Of a DNA stretch of 64,000 nucleotides, positions 44,793-52,735 are shown in pieces. The translations under genes and the position numbers were made by a program. The stretch covers positions 8 through 64,007 of the forward strand of contig JANMHX010000328.1 in the NCBI GenBank assembly GCA_031375485.1, read 5' to 3'. The notes beneath the pieces are model-generated. The model made no database searches. It worked only from the letters and a program-made list of their open reading frames with translations, and had not been told where the DNA came from. The DNA is from Gemmatimonadota bacterium. Lineage in GTDB: Bacteria; Gemmatimonadota; Gemmatimonadetes; Gemmatimonadales; GWC2-71-9. Position 1 is the first letter of the stretch, and every line of letters begins with the position of its first letter.

Positions 44793-47692
44793 AGCCGTCA
44801 TCGAATCCCACTCCGTCCCCGGCCCAAGCCCAAGCCATCGGTGCCGGCGCCGGGCCGGTCCTGGTGCTGGCGGGTCCTGGCGCCGGGAAGACGTTCTGTC
44901 TGATCGAGAGGATCCGGTTCCTGGTCGACCAGCGCGGTGTCGATCCCGAGCGGATCTGTGCGTTGACCTTCACCAACAAGGCCGCCGAGGAAGTGGCCGC
45001 CCGGCTCCGCCGCGAGCTCGGGCCCCGGGCCGATGCCGTCACCCGGTCCACCATCCACTCCCTCTGCGTCAAGATCCTCCGGGCCCACGGCGAGGCGTTA
45101 GGCTTGGAGAAAGGCTTTGGGATCGCCGACGAAGACTATCAGAAGGAGCTGCTTGGCTGGCTCAAAGTGCCGCCCAAGTGGCGGAGTTCGCTCCTCGGCC
45201 GGTTTGGCCTGGCCCGGCTCGGCGCGAAACCGCTGCACGAGGACGACGCCCGGACCTTTGAGCGCTACCGGGCCTATCTCACCAAACGCGGGATGATCGA
45301 CTTCGACGATATCGTCCATCTCACCAAGGAGTTGTTTGACCGGTTTCCCGGTATCGCCGCGGAGGTGGCCGGCCGGTGGGATCATCTCTTGGTCGACGAG
45401 GTCCAGGATCTCAATCCGGTCCAGTTTTCGATCGTGACCACGTTGGGTCGCGCCCATGGCAACGTCTTCGTCGTCGGCGACGACGAACAGTCGATTTTCT
45501 CGTGGACCGGAGCCGACCCCCGGCTGATTGCGACGTTCGCCAACGAATTCCGCGCGGTGGACCGGATCGTCCTCGACGAGAACCGGCGCACCGCGGGGCA
45601 GATCTTTGCCCTGGCCCGCCGCTTGATCGCGAGCAACGCCCCGTTGTTCGGCCCGAAGCAGATCACGGCCACCCATGAGTCGGAGTACCCCGTGGTGGCC
45701 CGTTCGTTTCCCGATGAACACGCCGAGGCGGTCTGGCTACTCGAGGACGTCCAAGCCGACCGGGCTGCCTCCGGGCTCCCGTGGGGCGAATACGCCGTCC
45801 TCTACCGCAAACACGCCGATGGGCATCTGCTCGAAGGCGCCCTGATGCAGGCCGGCTTGCCGTGCCGCTTGGCCCACGGCCGGGCGCTGGCCGACGACTC
45901 GGCGGTCCGGTATCTCATCGCGGCGCTCAAGGTGATCTCGTATCCCGGCGACCCGGTCATCAACGAAGGCTTTGCACGGGTGGTGCTGCCGGGCGCGCTC
46001 TGCGACACGCTCCGGAAGGCCGCCTTGAAGGACGGGATCGGCTTTCTCGGAACCCTCCATCGCCAGGCCCGGGCCCGGCCCCGCACCGACGAGGAAGGGC
46101 GGAAGATTCGCCGGGCCCTGGCGGCCATGCAGAACCTGACGGCGTTAGGCCAGCGGCACCGGCATTTGGCGCGCCTGGTCGACGAGATTCTATCCCAACG
46201 AGTGGGCGCCTACCATACCATCCTCGAGCAACGGGCCGAGGAACTTTCCGATCCGGCAGGATATCCGGAAGTACTCCGGCTGGCCCGGGAACTGGAACGG
46301 GTCCGCGATGCTCGGGTTCCGGTGCTGATCCAAGCGATGGGGGGGCTCGAGTTCGGCCTGGCCGGGATGTTGGCCGGCGCGGGGATCCGGCTTTTCGGCA
46401 TCACCACGGCGCCCCCGCCCGGTCGGTTCGTCCTCGGCCCGGCGTGGTCGTGCCCCGATCTCGGGCTCGCGCTCACGGTGTTCAAAGCGCTCCAGTTCAT
46501 GACCGCGACCACCGAGGGTGCCTCCGGCAATTTCGTCGCCGTCGACCTCGAGACCACCGGCCGGGACGTGGCCACGGCCGAGGTCGTCGAGCTCGGCGCG
46601 GTCCGGGTCCGAGACTGGGAAATCGTGGCGGAGTTCCACCAGCTGGTGAAGCCGGCCGTCCCGATCGAGCCGGGCGCGAGCGCCACCCACCACTACAGCG
46701 ACGCGGATGTGGCCAACCAGCCCTCGTTTGACGAGGTGTGGCCCCGGTTCAAAGCCTTTGCCGCGACCGACGAGCTGGTCGCCCACAACGGCTACGATTT
46801 CGATTTCCCGATTCTCCGCCGGATGTCGGGCGACCGGGACTTCGTGACCTACGACACGCTGCCCTTGGCTCGTTCACTCCGCCTCGGCAGCGCCAAACTC
46901 CAGCACTTGGCGGCCCGGTTCGGGATCGATCCCGGCACCGCCCACACCGCGCTCTCGGACGTCCGGACGTTGGCCCAAGTGTACCGGAAGCTGGAGGAGG
47001 AGAAAGTGGCCCGGGCCCGGCGCGTGGCCCTGTCCAACGTACTCGACTATCTCGGCGTGGCCTTGGCCCTTTCCGACCCCGAGACGTTAGGGCCGGAAGC
47101 CCATCTGCTCCGGGATCTCACCTCCATCTATGCCCTCGGCCGGTTCAGTGACTGCCTCGAGTTCTACCGGGCCGAACGCGACCGCTCGAACCAGGGTGCC
47201 GTCGCCGTCGACGAACTGATCGAACGTCTCGGCGGCCAGTCGCTCATGCTCAAAGTCCGCGCCGAAAAACGCTCCGACCAGCGCTACCCAGCCGCCATGG
47301 CCCGGGTCCGCCGCCTCCTCGACGATCTCGCGGAGGAAACCCTCGAAGCCGAAATCCAGGAATTCCTAAGCCGCGTCGCCCTCTCGAGGAGCGACGGCAT
47401 CGAAACCGACCAGGACCGCGTCAACCTCCTGACCCTCCACTCCACCAAAGGCCTAGAATTCTCCCGAGTCTACATCGTCGGCGTCGAAGACGCCGAGATG
47501 CCCGGCCTCCAATCCCTGCCGAGTGCCGAGCGCCGAGCGCCGAGTGCCGAGCTCGAAGAATCCCGCCGGCTCTTGTACGTCGGAATGACCCGGGCCAAGG
47601 AGCGTCTGGTCATGACCCGGGTGGAAGCCAGATCCGGCAAGTTGACCGGCGGCCACCGCTTCCTCGATGAGATGGGTCTCTCGCCTACTTGA
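44789..47692 (+). CDS. UvrD/PcrA-family SF1 helicase with an inserted DEDDh (DnaQ-like) 3'-5' exonuclease domain
   Basis: Helicase motifs: GPGAGKT, LLVDEVQD, VVGDDEQSIF, ENRRT, TLHSTKGLEF, YVGMTRAKERL. Exonuclease motifs at nt ~46523-47003: VDLETTG, AHNGYDFDFPIL, HTALSDVRTL. GTG 44789 overlaps the upstream stop as GTGA; the track start is GTG 44768. Confidence 0.85.
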   Translation: MKPSSNPTPSPAQAQAIGAGAGPVLVLAGPGAGKTFCLIERIRFLVDQRGVDPERICALTFTNKAAEEVAARLRRELGPRADAVTRSTIHSLCVKILRAHGEALGLEKGFGIADEDYQKELLGWLKVPPKWRSSLLGRFGLARLGAKPLHEDDARTFERYRAYLTKRGMIDFDDIVHLTKELFDRFPGIAAEVAGRWDHLLVDEVQDLNPVQFSIVTTLGRAHGNVFVVGDDEQSIFSWTGADPRLIATFANEFRAVDRIVLDENRRTAGQIFALARRLIASNAPLFGPKQITATHESEYPVVARSFPDEHAEAVWLLEDVQADRAASGLPWGEYAVLYRKHADGHLLEGALMQAGLPCRLAHGRALADDSAVRYLIAALKVISYPGDPVINEGFARVVLPGALCDTLRKAALKDGIGFLGTLHRQARARPRTDEEGRKIRRALAAMQNLTALGQRHRHLARLVDEILSQRVGAYHTILEQRAEELSDPAGYPEVLRLARELERVRDARVPVLIQAMGGLEFGLAGMLAGAGIRLFGITTAPPPGRFVLGPAWSCPDLGLALTVFKALQFMTATTEGASGNFVAVDLETTGRDVATAEVVELGAVRVRDWEIVAEFHQLVKPAVPIEPGASATHHYSDADVANQPSFDEVWPRFKAFAATDELVAHNGYDFDFPILRRMSGDRDFVTYDTLPLARSLRLGSAKLQHLAARFGIDPGTAHTALSDVRTLAQVYRKLEEEKVARARRVALSNVLDYLGVALALSDPETLGPEAHLLRDLTSIYALGRFSDCLEFYRAERDRSNQGAVAVDELIERLGGQSLMLKVRAEKRSDQRYPAAMARVRRLLDDLAEETLEAEIQEFLSRVALSRSDGIETDQDRVNLLTLHSTKGLEFSRVYIVGVEDAEMPGLQSLPSAERRAPSAELEESRRLLYVGMTRAKERLVMTRVEARSGKLTGGHRFLDEMGLSPT
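47518..47552 (+). repeat. Five tandem GCCGAGY heptanucleotide units inside the helicase CDS
   Basis: GCCGAGT GCCGAGC GCCGAGC GCCGAGT GCCGAGC encodes …PSAERRAPSAE… between helicase motifs V and VI. Confidence 0.85.
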
Positions 47693-48500
47693 TGAGCTGC
47701 CATTTCGTACGGGTGTAGGCGACCCGGAACCCGTGTCGCTCGGAATTCCGTTGCGAGGCGCTGCCCGGCAAAGTCGTGATCATGGCCACGTCGCAGCCCC
47801 GCTCGACCGCAAACCGAAGCCGGGCGCTGAGCAGGGCGAGTTGGGCGCCGTGACGGCGCTCCTCGGGGATCGTGCTCGCGCCCGCAAGGAGTGCCACTCC
47901 GCCGGTGATCGAGAGCGCGCCCGCCGCGATCGGCCGGCCCTGGCGTTCGGCCACGAAGGTCAGGGCGCCGGGCCGGCGGGCCCCGATCTCCGACAACTCG
48001 GCCATGGTCGAGGCGTACTCCGGGAACTCACTCCAGCCTCTCGTCGCGGTATCGGCCCAGACCCGCCACTCGTCCGGACCCGTTTGCCGAACCGATACCT
48101 CCGGGGAGGCTCCTCGGATATCGATGGTCGCATCAATCGGCCGATAGAGAACATTCGACCACTCCATCGGCCGGTACCCGCGGACAGGTAGCCGCGCCAT
48201 GGTCGCAAGGTCCGCGAGCGGGCTGACCTCGTGGAAGGTCGGGGCGCCCCGCTCGGCGAAGAATCCTTCGATCCGGTCGAATACCTCGGGCGTCCCTGGT
48301 TCGAAGACTCCGAGGCCGAACGTCTGGGTGACCGGCGAGTCGACCCCGTCGAACACCGCGTAGGCGCCGGCCGCCTCGATCCACTCCGCGCCGCTCCCGG
48401 GCCGAAGGATCCGGCGGCCTTCGGCGAACTGGGCGCACCCGGTTGCCTCGGTGCGTTCGAGCCGGCGGGCCAGCTCGAGATCGGCAAACGGGACGCTCAC
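47685..48500 (-). CDS. Two-domain GNAT family N-acetyltransferase
   Basis: 271 aa. The C-terminal GNAT core has an acetyl-CoA loop (…EERRHGAQLALLSARL…) and ERHGF. The GTG start overlaps the DUF72 stop as GTGA. Confidence 0.7.
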   Translation of the reverse strand: MSVPFADLELARRLERTEATGCAQFAEGRRILRPGSGAEWIEAAGAYAVFDGVDSPVTQTFGLGVFEPGTPEVFDRIEGFFAERGAPTFHEVSPLADLATMARLPVRGYRPMEWSNVLYRPIDATIDIRGASPEVSVRQTGPDEWRVWADTATRGWSEFPEYASTMAELSEIGARRPGALTFVAERQGRPIAAGALSITGGVALLAGASTIPEERRHGAQLALLSARLRFAVERGCDVAMITTLPGSASQRNSERHGFRVAYTRTKWQLIK

Positions 48501-49195
48501 AGCTTGGCCTTGAGACTCATGGCCACGGGCGGGCCGGAACCGGGCGAGTGGTCATGCTTGAAATAAATGAAGGCATCAGTCCACCCGAAGCCAGCGATTC
48601 GCGCGGCCCACGCGGCCAGGCCCGCTTCGTCGTAATCGAGCTTGTGGAGCCGGACGTAGCCCCAGTCCGCCGTGGCCACCAACGGCGTCGGCACGCCGTC
48701 TTGGTCCGAAATGCAGAGGGGAACGTCCCGGGCTTTGAGCACCTCGAACACTTGGTCGTCCTCAAACCAGGTCTGATTTCGAAACTCGATCGTGATCCGC
48801 CACCGCTTCGGGACGATATCGAGAAAGGCCTCGAGTCGAGGAATGTCCTTCTTCAAGTGGGGCGGGAGCTGAAAGAGTGTGGGGCCGAGTTTGCTGCCTA
48901 ACACCGCAACGGTCTGGGCCAGATACCTGACCAGTTCCCCCGCGTCCCGGAGTTGGGCGTGATGGGTAATCCGCTGACTGGCCTTGATGGCGAACTGGAA
49001 GCCTTCCGGGACCTCGGCGGCCCAATCGAGCAGGTTCTTCTCGCGGGGCATCCGGTAGAACGTGTTGTTGATCTCGACCGTCGGGAATTGGCTCGCGTAA
49101 TACGCCAGCATGCCCTTGTCGGGAAGTTTGGCCGGATAGAACGGCCCTTTCCATTCCTTGAAGGCAAATCCGCTGGTCCCGACGTACGACGCCAT
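48497..49195 (-). CDS. DUF72 (YecE/TM1631) family protein
   Basis: MASYVGTSGFAFKEWKGPFYP…FPTVEINNTFY is the canonical DUF72 N-terminus. Its start overlaps the Ku stop as TGATG. Confidence 0.82.
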   Translation of the reverse strand: MASYVGTSGFAFKEWKGPFYPAKLPDKGMLAYYASQFPTVEINNTFYRMPREKNLLDWAAEVPEGFQFAIKASQRITHHAQLRDAGELVRYLAQTVAVLGSKLGPTLFQLPPHLKKDIPRLEAFLDIVPKRWRITIEFRNQTWFEDDQVFEVLKARDVPLCISDQDGVPTPLVATADWGYVRLHKLDYDEAGLAAWAARIAGFGWTDAFIYFKHDHSPGSGPPVAMSLKAKL

Positions 49196-49971
49196 CAGGA
49201 GGCCCGGGCCAGGCTCGCCTTCAAGGCCTCCATCAGGTCGATGATCTTGCCGCCGCCATCCTGGGCCGGCTCCGCCGTGATTTCGTGACCCTCGACCTTC
49301 TTCTGGATGGCCTCGAGCACCCGGGCCCGAACCAGGTCGCGGTATTTCTCAGGCTGGAAGTCGTCGGTAGCGGCCTGCTCGATCAGCTGCTTGGCGAGCG
49401 TCAGCTCCATGGGCTTCAGTTCGGCGTCGCCGAGGGGCACTTCGTTGGCCGGTTTGAGCTCGTCTTGGTAGTGGAGCTGTTCCATCACGAGGAGCCCGTT
49501 CATGGGCCGGAGCAAGACGAGATGTTGTTGGCCGCGGGCGGCATATTGCCCAAGCGCCGCCCGACCGGTATCGCCGAGGGCCTGCGCCAGGAGTTTGTAG
49601 GCCCGGTCGCCGCCCTTGTCGGGGCCGAGGAAGTAGACCTTCTCGAGATAAATCCGGTCGACCTTGGCGAGCGGCACGAACTCCGCGATGTCGATGGTAT
49701 TGGTGGCCTTCTCTTCCAGCGCCTTGAGCTCGTCGGCTGAAAAGACGACGTACTGATCCTTGGCAAACTCGTAGCCCTTGGCCATCTCGTCCCGGGGGAC
49801 GATCTCGCTGTCCTTGGGGCAGGTGTACTGCTGCTTGACCCGCGTCCCACACTTCTTGTGGAGCAGGTTGAACGAGACGGCGCTGGTCGACTCGGCCGAC
49901 GAATAGACATGAACGGGCACCGAGACCAGGCCGAAGGAAATGGTGGCGGTTCCGATCGAACGAGCGGGCAT
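49195..49971 (-). CDS. ku: NHEJ DNA-end-binding protein Ku
   Basis: ATG 49971 has an AGGAGG SD. MPARSIGTATISFGLVSVPVHVYSA… is the canonical bacterial Ku N-terminus. 258 aa. The upstream part of the track ORF is junk. Confidence 0.92.
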   Translation of the reverse strand: MPARSIGTATISFGLVSVPVHVYSSAESTSAVSFNLLHKKCGTRVKQQYTCPKDSEIVPRDEMAKGYEFAKDQYVVFSADELKALEEKATNTIDIAEFVPLAKVDRIYLEKVYFLGPDKGGDRAYKLLAQALGDTGRAALGQYAARGQQHLVLLRPMNGLLVMEQLHYQDELKPANEVPLGDAELKPMELTLAKQLIEQAATDDFQPEKYRDLVRARVLEAIQKKVEGHEITAEPAQDGGGKIIDLMEALKASLARAS

Positions 49972-50018
49972 GAGAGGCCTCCTGGCGTTGGCTTCTAAGG
50001 TACTGGCGACCGCCCCGG

Positions 50019-50046
50019 TTGAGAATGTCCGGATCGGGCCTAGAAT
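50019..50046 (+). promoter_or_regulatory. Sigma70-type promoter giving a leaderless PQQ-dehydrogenase mRNA
   Basis: TTGAGA-N16-TAGAAT-N6-ATG(50053). There is no SD. Confidence 0.5.
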
Positions 50047-50052
50047 TCCCGG

Positions 50053-51954
50053 ATGCGAATCGTCCTCCTTGCCCTGCTGGCCCCCGCCGTCCTGTCGGCC
50101 CAGACCGACTGGCCGGCCTGGGGCGGCGACCCCGGCGCCATGAAGTACTCGGCCCTCACCGACCTCCACCCCGGCAACGTCGGCCGGCTGACGAAGCTCT
50201 GGGAATGGAGCACCGGCGAGGTGCCGCTGGCCCAGTGGAAGACCCGGCCCGGGCTGTTTCAGGCCACGCCTCTGATGATCGGCGATACCCTGTTCCTGCC
50301 GACCTCGTATAACCAAGTGGCGGCTCTCGACGCCGCCACTGGCCGCGAGTACTGGCGGTTCGATCCCCGGGCCTATGAGGCCGGCCAAGCGCCTAACGGT
50401 ACCGGATTCGTTCACCGGGGGGTTGCCAGTTGGAGCGATGGGAAAACTCGCCGGATCTTCCTCAATACCCGCTGGCGCCTGATCGCCCTCGATGCCGCCA
50501 CTGGTAAGCCGATCCCTTCTTTTGGGGTTCAAGGCGAGGTCGACCTGGCTGGAGACCTGGTGTGGCAGGTCAATCGCCGGCGGTACACCAATACCTCGCC
50601 TCCGGTGGTGTGGGGTGACCTGGTCATCGTGGGCAACGGGGTGGCCGACAAGTTCACCTACAAGGGCGATCCGCCCGGTGATGTCCAGGCCTTCGACGTC
50701 CGAACCGGCCGGCGGATCTGGAAATGGAGTCCGATTCCCCAGGGTGGCGAGGGATCGGAAACGTGGGAGGGTGAGTCATGGCGGTTCACCGGTCACACGA
50801 ACGTGTGGGCGCCCTTCAGCGTCGACGTGGCGCGGGGACTCGTGTACCTCCCGGTCAGCACCCCGAGTAACGACTGGTACGGCGGCGCTCGCAAGGGCGA
50901 CAATCTCTTTGCCGAGTCCCTGGTGTGCCTCGATGCCCGAACCGGCAAGAAACAGTGGCACTTCCAGATCGTCCACCACGGACTCTGGGACTACGACCTC
51001 CCAACGGCGCCGGTGCTCGGCCGGGTCACCCAAACCGGCGGACCGGTCGATTTCGTCGCGATGCCGACCAAAATGGGGATGCTGTTCGTGTTCGATCGGG
51101 TGACGGGCAAGCCGCTCTGGCCGATCGAGGAACGCCCGGTGCCGGCAAGCGATGTCCCCGGCGAGCGCGCCGCCCCGACCCAGCCGTTTCCCACCAAACC
51201 GGCGCCCTACGCCCGCCAGGGCTTCAGTGCCGCGGATGTGGTCGACTTCACCCCGGCCCTGAAAGCGTTGGCGACGAGGACCGTGGCCGGCTACCGAACC
51301 GGCCCGTTGTTCACGCCCCCCTCGCTCCAGGGGACGGTGGCGTCACCGGGACTGATCGGCGGCTCGGGGTGGGGCGGCGGTGCCTATGATCCGGAAACCG
51401 GGATCATCTACGTGAAGGCCACCAACCAACCGGCCCTGCTCAAGTTGGTCAAGCCGCCGTCGTCCGACTCACTCGACGCCGCTTACGCCCTCGATTTTGC
51501 GGCGGGCCTCGACCTCAATGCCAAGTTGTTGTCGAGTTCCGACGATCCGCAGAGGGCGGCGGCGTCTTTGCCGATCAGCAGGCCACCGTACGGAACGCTG
51601 ACGGCCATCGATCTCGCGACCGGCGATCACCGGTGGCAAGTGCCGTTGGGCGACTCCCCGGAGATCCGGAATCATCCGCTCTTGAAGGGTGTGAACCTGC
51701 CTCCGCTCGGCGTGGCCGGCGCTCCCGGGGCCATCGTGACCAAAGGAGGGCTGCTCTTTGCGACCGGTGGCGGTTCGGCCCTCTATGCGCTGGACAAGGC
51801 CACCGGGAAGGTGCTCTGGCAGACGGCGCTCGGCGCGCTCGGTTACGCCAATCCGATGACGTACCGCACCCGGGCGGGGCAGCAGGTAGTGGTGATTGCG
51901 ACCGGCGGCGGGGCGGCGCCGGCCAAACTCCAGGCCTTTGCGTTACCGCGGTGA
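50053..51954 (+). CDS. Secreted PQQ-dependent (quinoprotein glucose/quinate dehydrogenase-type) dehydrogenase
   Basis: Signal peptide, then DWPAWGGDPGAMKYSAL…NVGRLTKLWEW and repeated W-motif propeller blades across 633 aa. Confidence 0.8.
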   Translation: MRIVLLALLAPAVLSAQTDWPAWGGDPGAMKYSALTDLHPGNVGRLTKLWEWSTGEVPLAQWKTRPGLFQATPLMIGDTLFLPTSYNQVAALDAATGREYWRFDPRAYEAGQAPNGTGFVHRGVASWSDGKTRRIFLNTRWRLIALDAATGKPIPSFGVQGEVDLAGDLVWQVNRRRYTNTSPPVVWGDLVIVGNGVADKFTYKGDPPGDVQAFDVRTGRRIWKWSPIPQGGEGSETWEGESWRFTGHTNVWAPFSVDVARGLVYLPVSTPSNDWYGGARKGDNLFAESLVCLDARTGKKQWHFQIVHHGLWDYDLPTAPVLGRVTQTGGPVDFVAMPTKMGMLFVFDRVTGKPLWPIEERPVPASDVPGERAAPTQPFPTKPAPYARQGFSAADVVDFTPALKALATRTVAGYRTGPLFTPPSLQGTVASPGLIGGSGWGGGAYDPETGIIYVKATNQPALLKLVKPPSSDSLDAAYALDFAAGLDLNAKLLSSSDDPQRAAASLPISRPPYGTLTAIDLATGDHRWQVPLGDSPEIRNHPLLKGVNLPPLGVAGAPGAIVTKGGLLFATGGGSALYALDKATGKVLWQTALGALGYANPMTYRTRAGQQVVVIATGGGAAPAKLQAFALPR

Positions 51955-52368
51955 GGCTCGAAACGGGTTGACCACCTCGAGGCCGTCGAGCCGCCAGCCG
52001 TGCTGGAGGTCTTCGGAGTAGAGCCGAGTGCAGCCGGAGGCCAGGGCGGCCCGGATGATGAGGCCGTCCCAGAACGACAGCTGATGAAGCCGGTGGAGGT
52101 CGATGGCGCCGAGAATGTCGTCGAGTCCGATCGGCACCAATTCAAACCGGCCGAACAGTTCCGCTTTGCGGCGTGCGACGGGCGCCGTCACGCCGAGTTT
52201 CTTGGTCGCGGCGACGAAGTACTCCTGGACGACTTGCGTCGAGATGACCCCCGACCGATCGAGCCGGTGTTTGGCGATCAACTCCAAAGCCCTGGTCTGT
52301 TTCGCCGGCGCGTCGGCGTCGTCGGTGTAGACCAGGACGTTGGTGTCGAAGAAACTACGACCGCTCAT
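51943..52368 (-). CDS. vapC: PIN-domain toxin (VapC family)
   Basis: MSGRSFFDTNVLVY… contains the first PIN Asp. Later acidic residues are also present (…VQEYF…, …WDGLII…, …YSEDLQ). The start overlaps the upstream antitoxin gene by 14 nt. Confidence 0.8.
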   Translation of the reverse strand: MSGRSFFDTNVLVYTDDADAPAKQTRALELIAKHRLDRSGVISTQVVQEYFVAATKKLGVTAPVARRKAELFGRFELVPIGLDDILGAIDLHRLHQLSFWDGLIIRAALASGCTRLYSEDLQHGWRLDGLEVVNPFRASPR

Positions 52369-52582
52369 GGAGGCTGCCGCGGTCGAACGTCCAGCCCTTG
52401 GAACGCCCACCCGATTCGAGGGACAGCTGTTTCAGCTCCTTCAACTCGGCATCCATTGCGCCCTCCCCGGCCAAATAGGCCAAATGATCCCTGATGACTT
52501 GGTTGAGACTCTTCCCCATGGCCTCGGCGACCTTCCGGGCCCGCTCCACCAACTGTCGGTCGACGGACAGGGTGATATTCAT
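52355..52582 (-). CDS. vapB: Ribbon-helix-helix type antitoxin (VapB-like)
   Basis: MNITLSVDRQLVERARKVAEAMGKSLNQVIRDHL is an RHH-like N-terminus. 75 aa from ATG 52582. The track start 52618 is the TTG of a TTGACA -35 box. Confidence 0.7.
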   Translation of the reverse strand: MNITLSVDRQLVERARKVAEAMGKSLNQVIRDHLAYLAGEGAMDAELKELKQLSLESGGRSKGWTFDRGSLHERS

Positions 52583-52588
52583 GTCCAC

Positions 52589-52618
52589 ATAATACGTGTG
52601 CACATATAGAGGTGTCAA
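52589..52618 (-). promoter_or_regulatory. vapBC promoter with operator-like palindrome; leaderless layout
   Basis: On the minus strand: TTGACA-N18-TATTAT-N6-ATG(52582). An 8-bp palindrome TGTGCACA (52597-52604) lies in the spacer. Confidence 0.55.
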
Positions 52619-52722
52619 TGGCAGCTCCCGAGGTTGGGGTTGGCCATCAAGCTCGCATTTCCGGGCCGGTGGGTGGTAACCAATTGAACACCAAAGACAT
52701 CAATCCAACGCAGCCGTCGAGG

Positions 52723-52728
52723 TATTAT
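52723..52728 (+). promoter_or_regulatory. -10 hexamer for ligD (leaderless layout)
   Basis: TATTAT-N7-ATG(52736). No SD, and no convincing -35. Confidence 0.4.
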
Positions 52729-52735
52729 TGGAACT

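Noticed and set aside
51943-52735. vapBC cassette as part of a mobile element or genomic island.
   Set aside because: No integrase, transposase, tRNA target or flanking direct/inverted repeats are visible. Only a modest local drop in GC was noticed.
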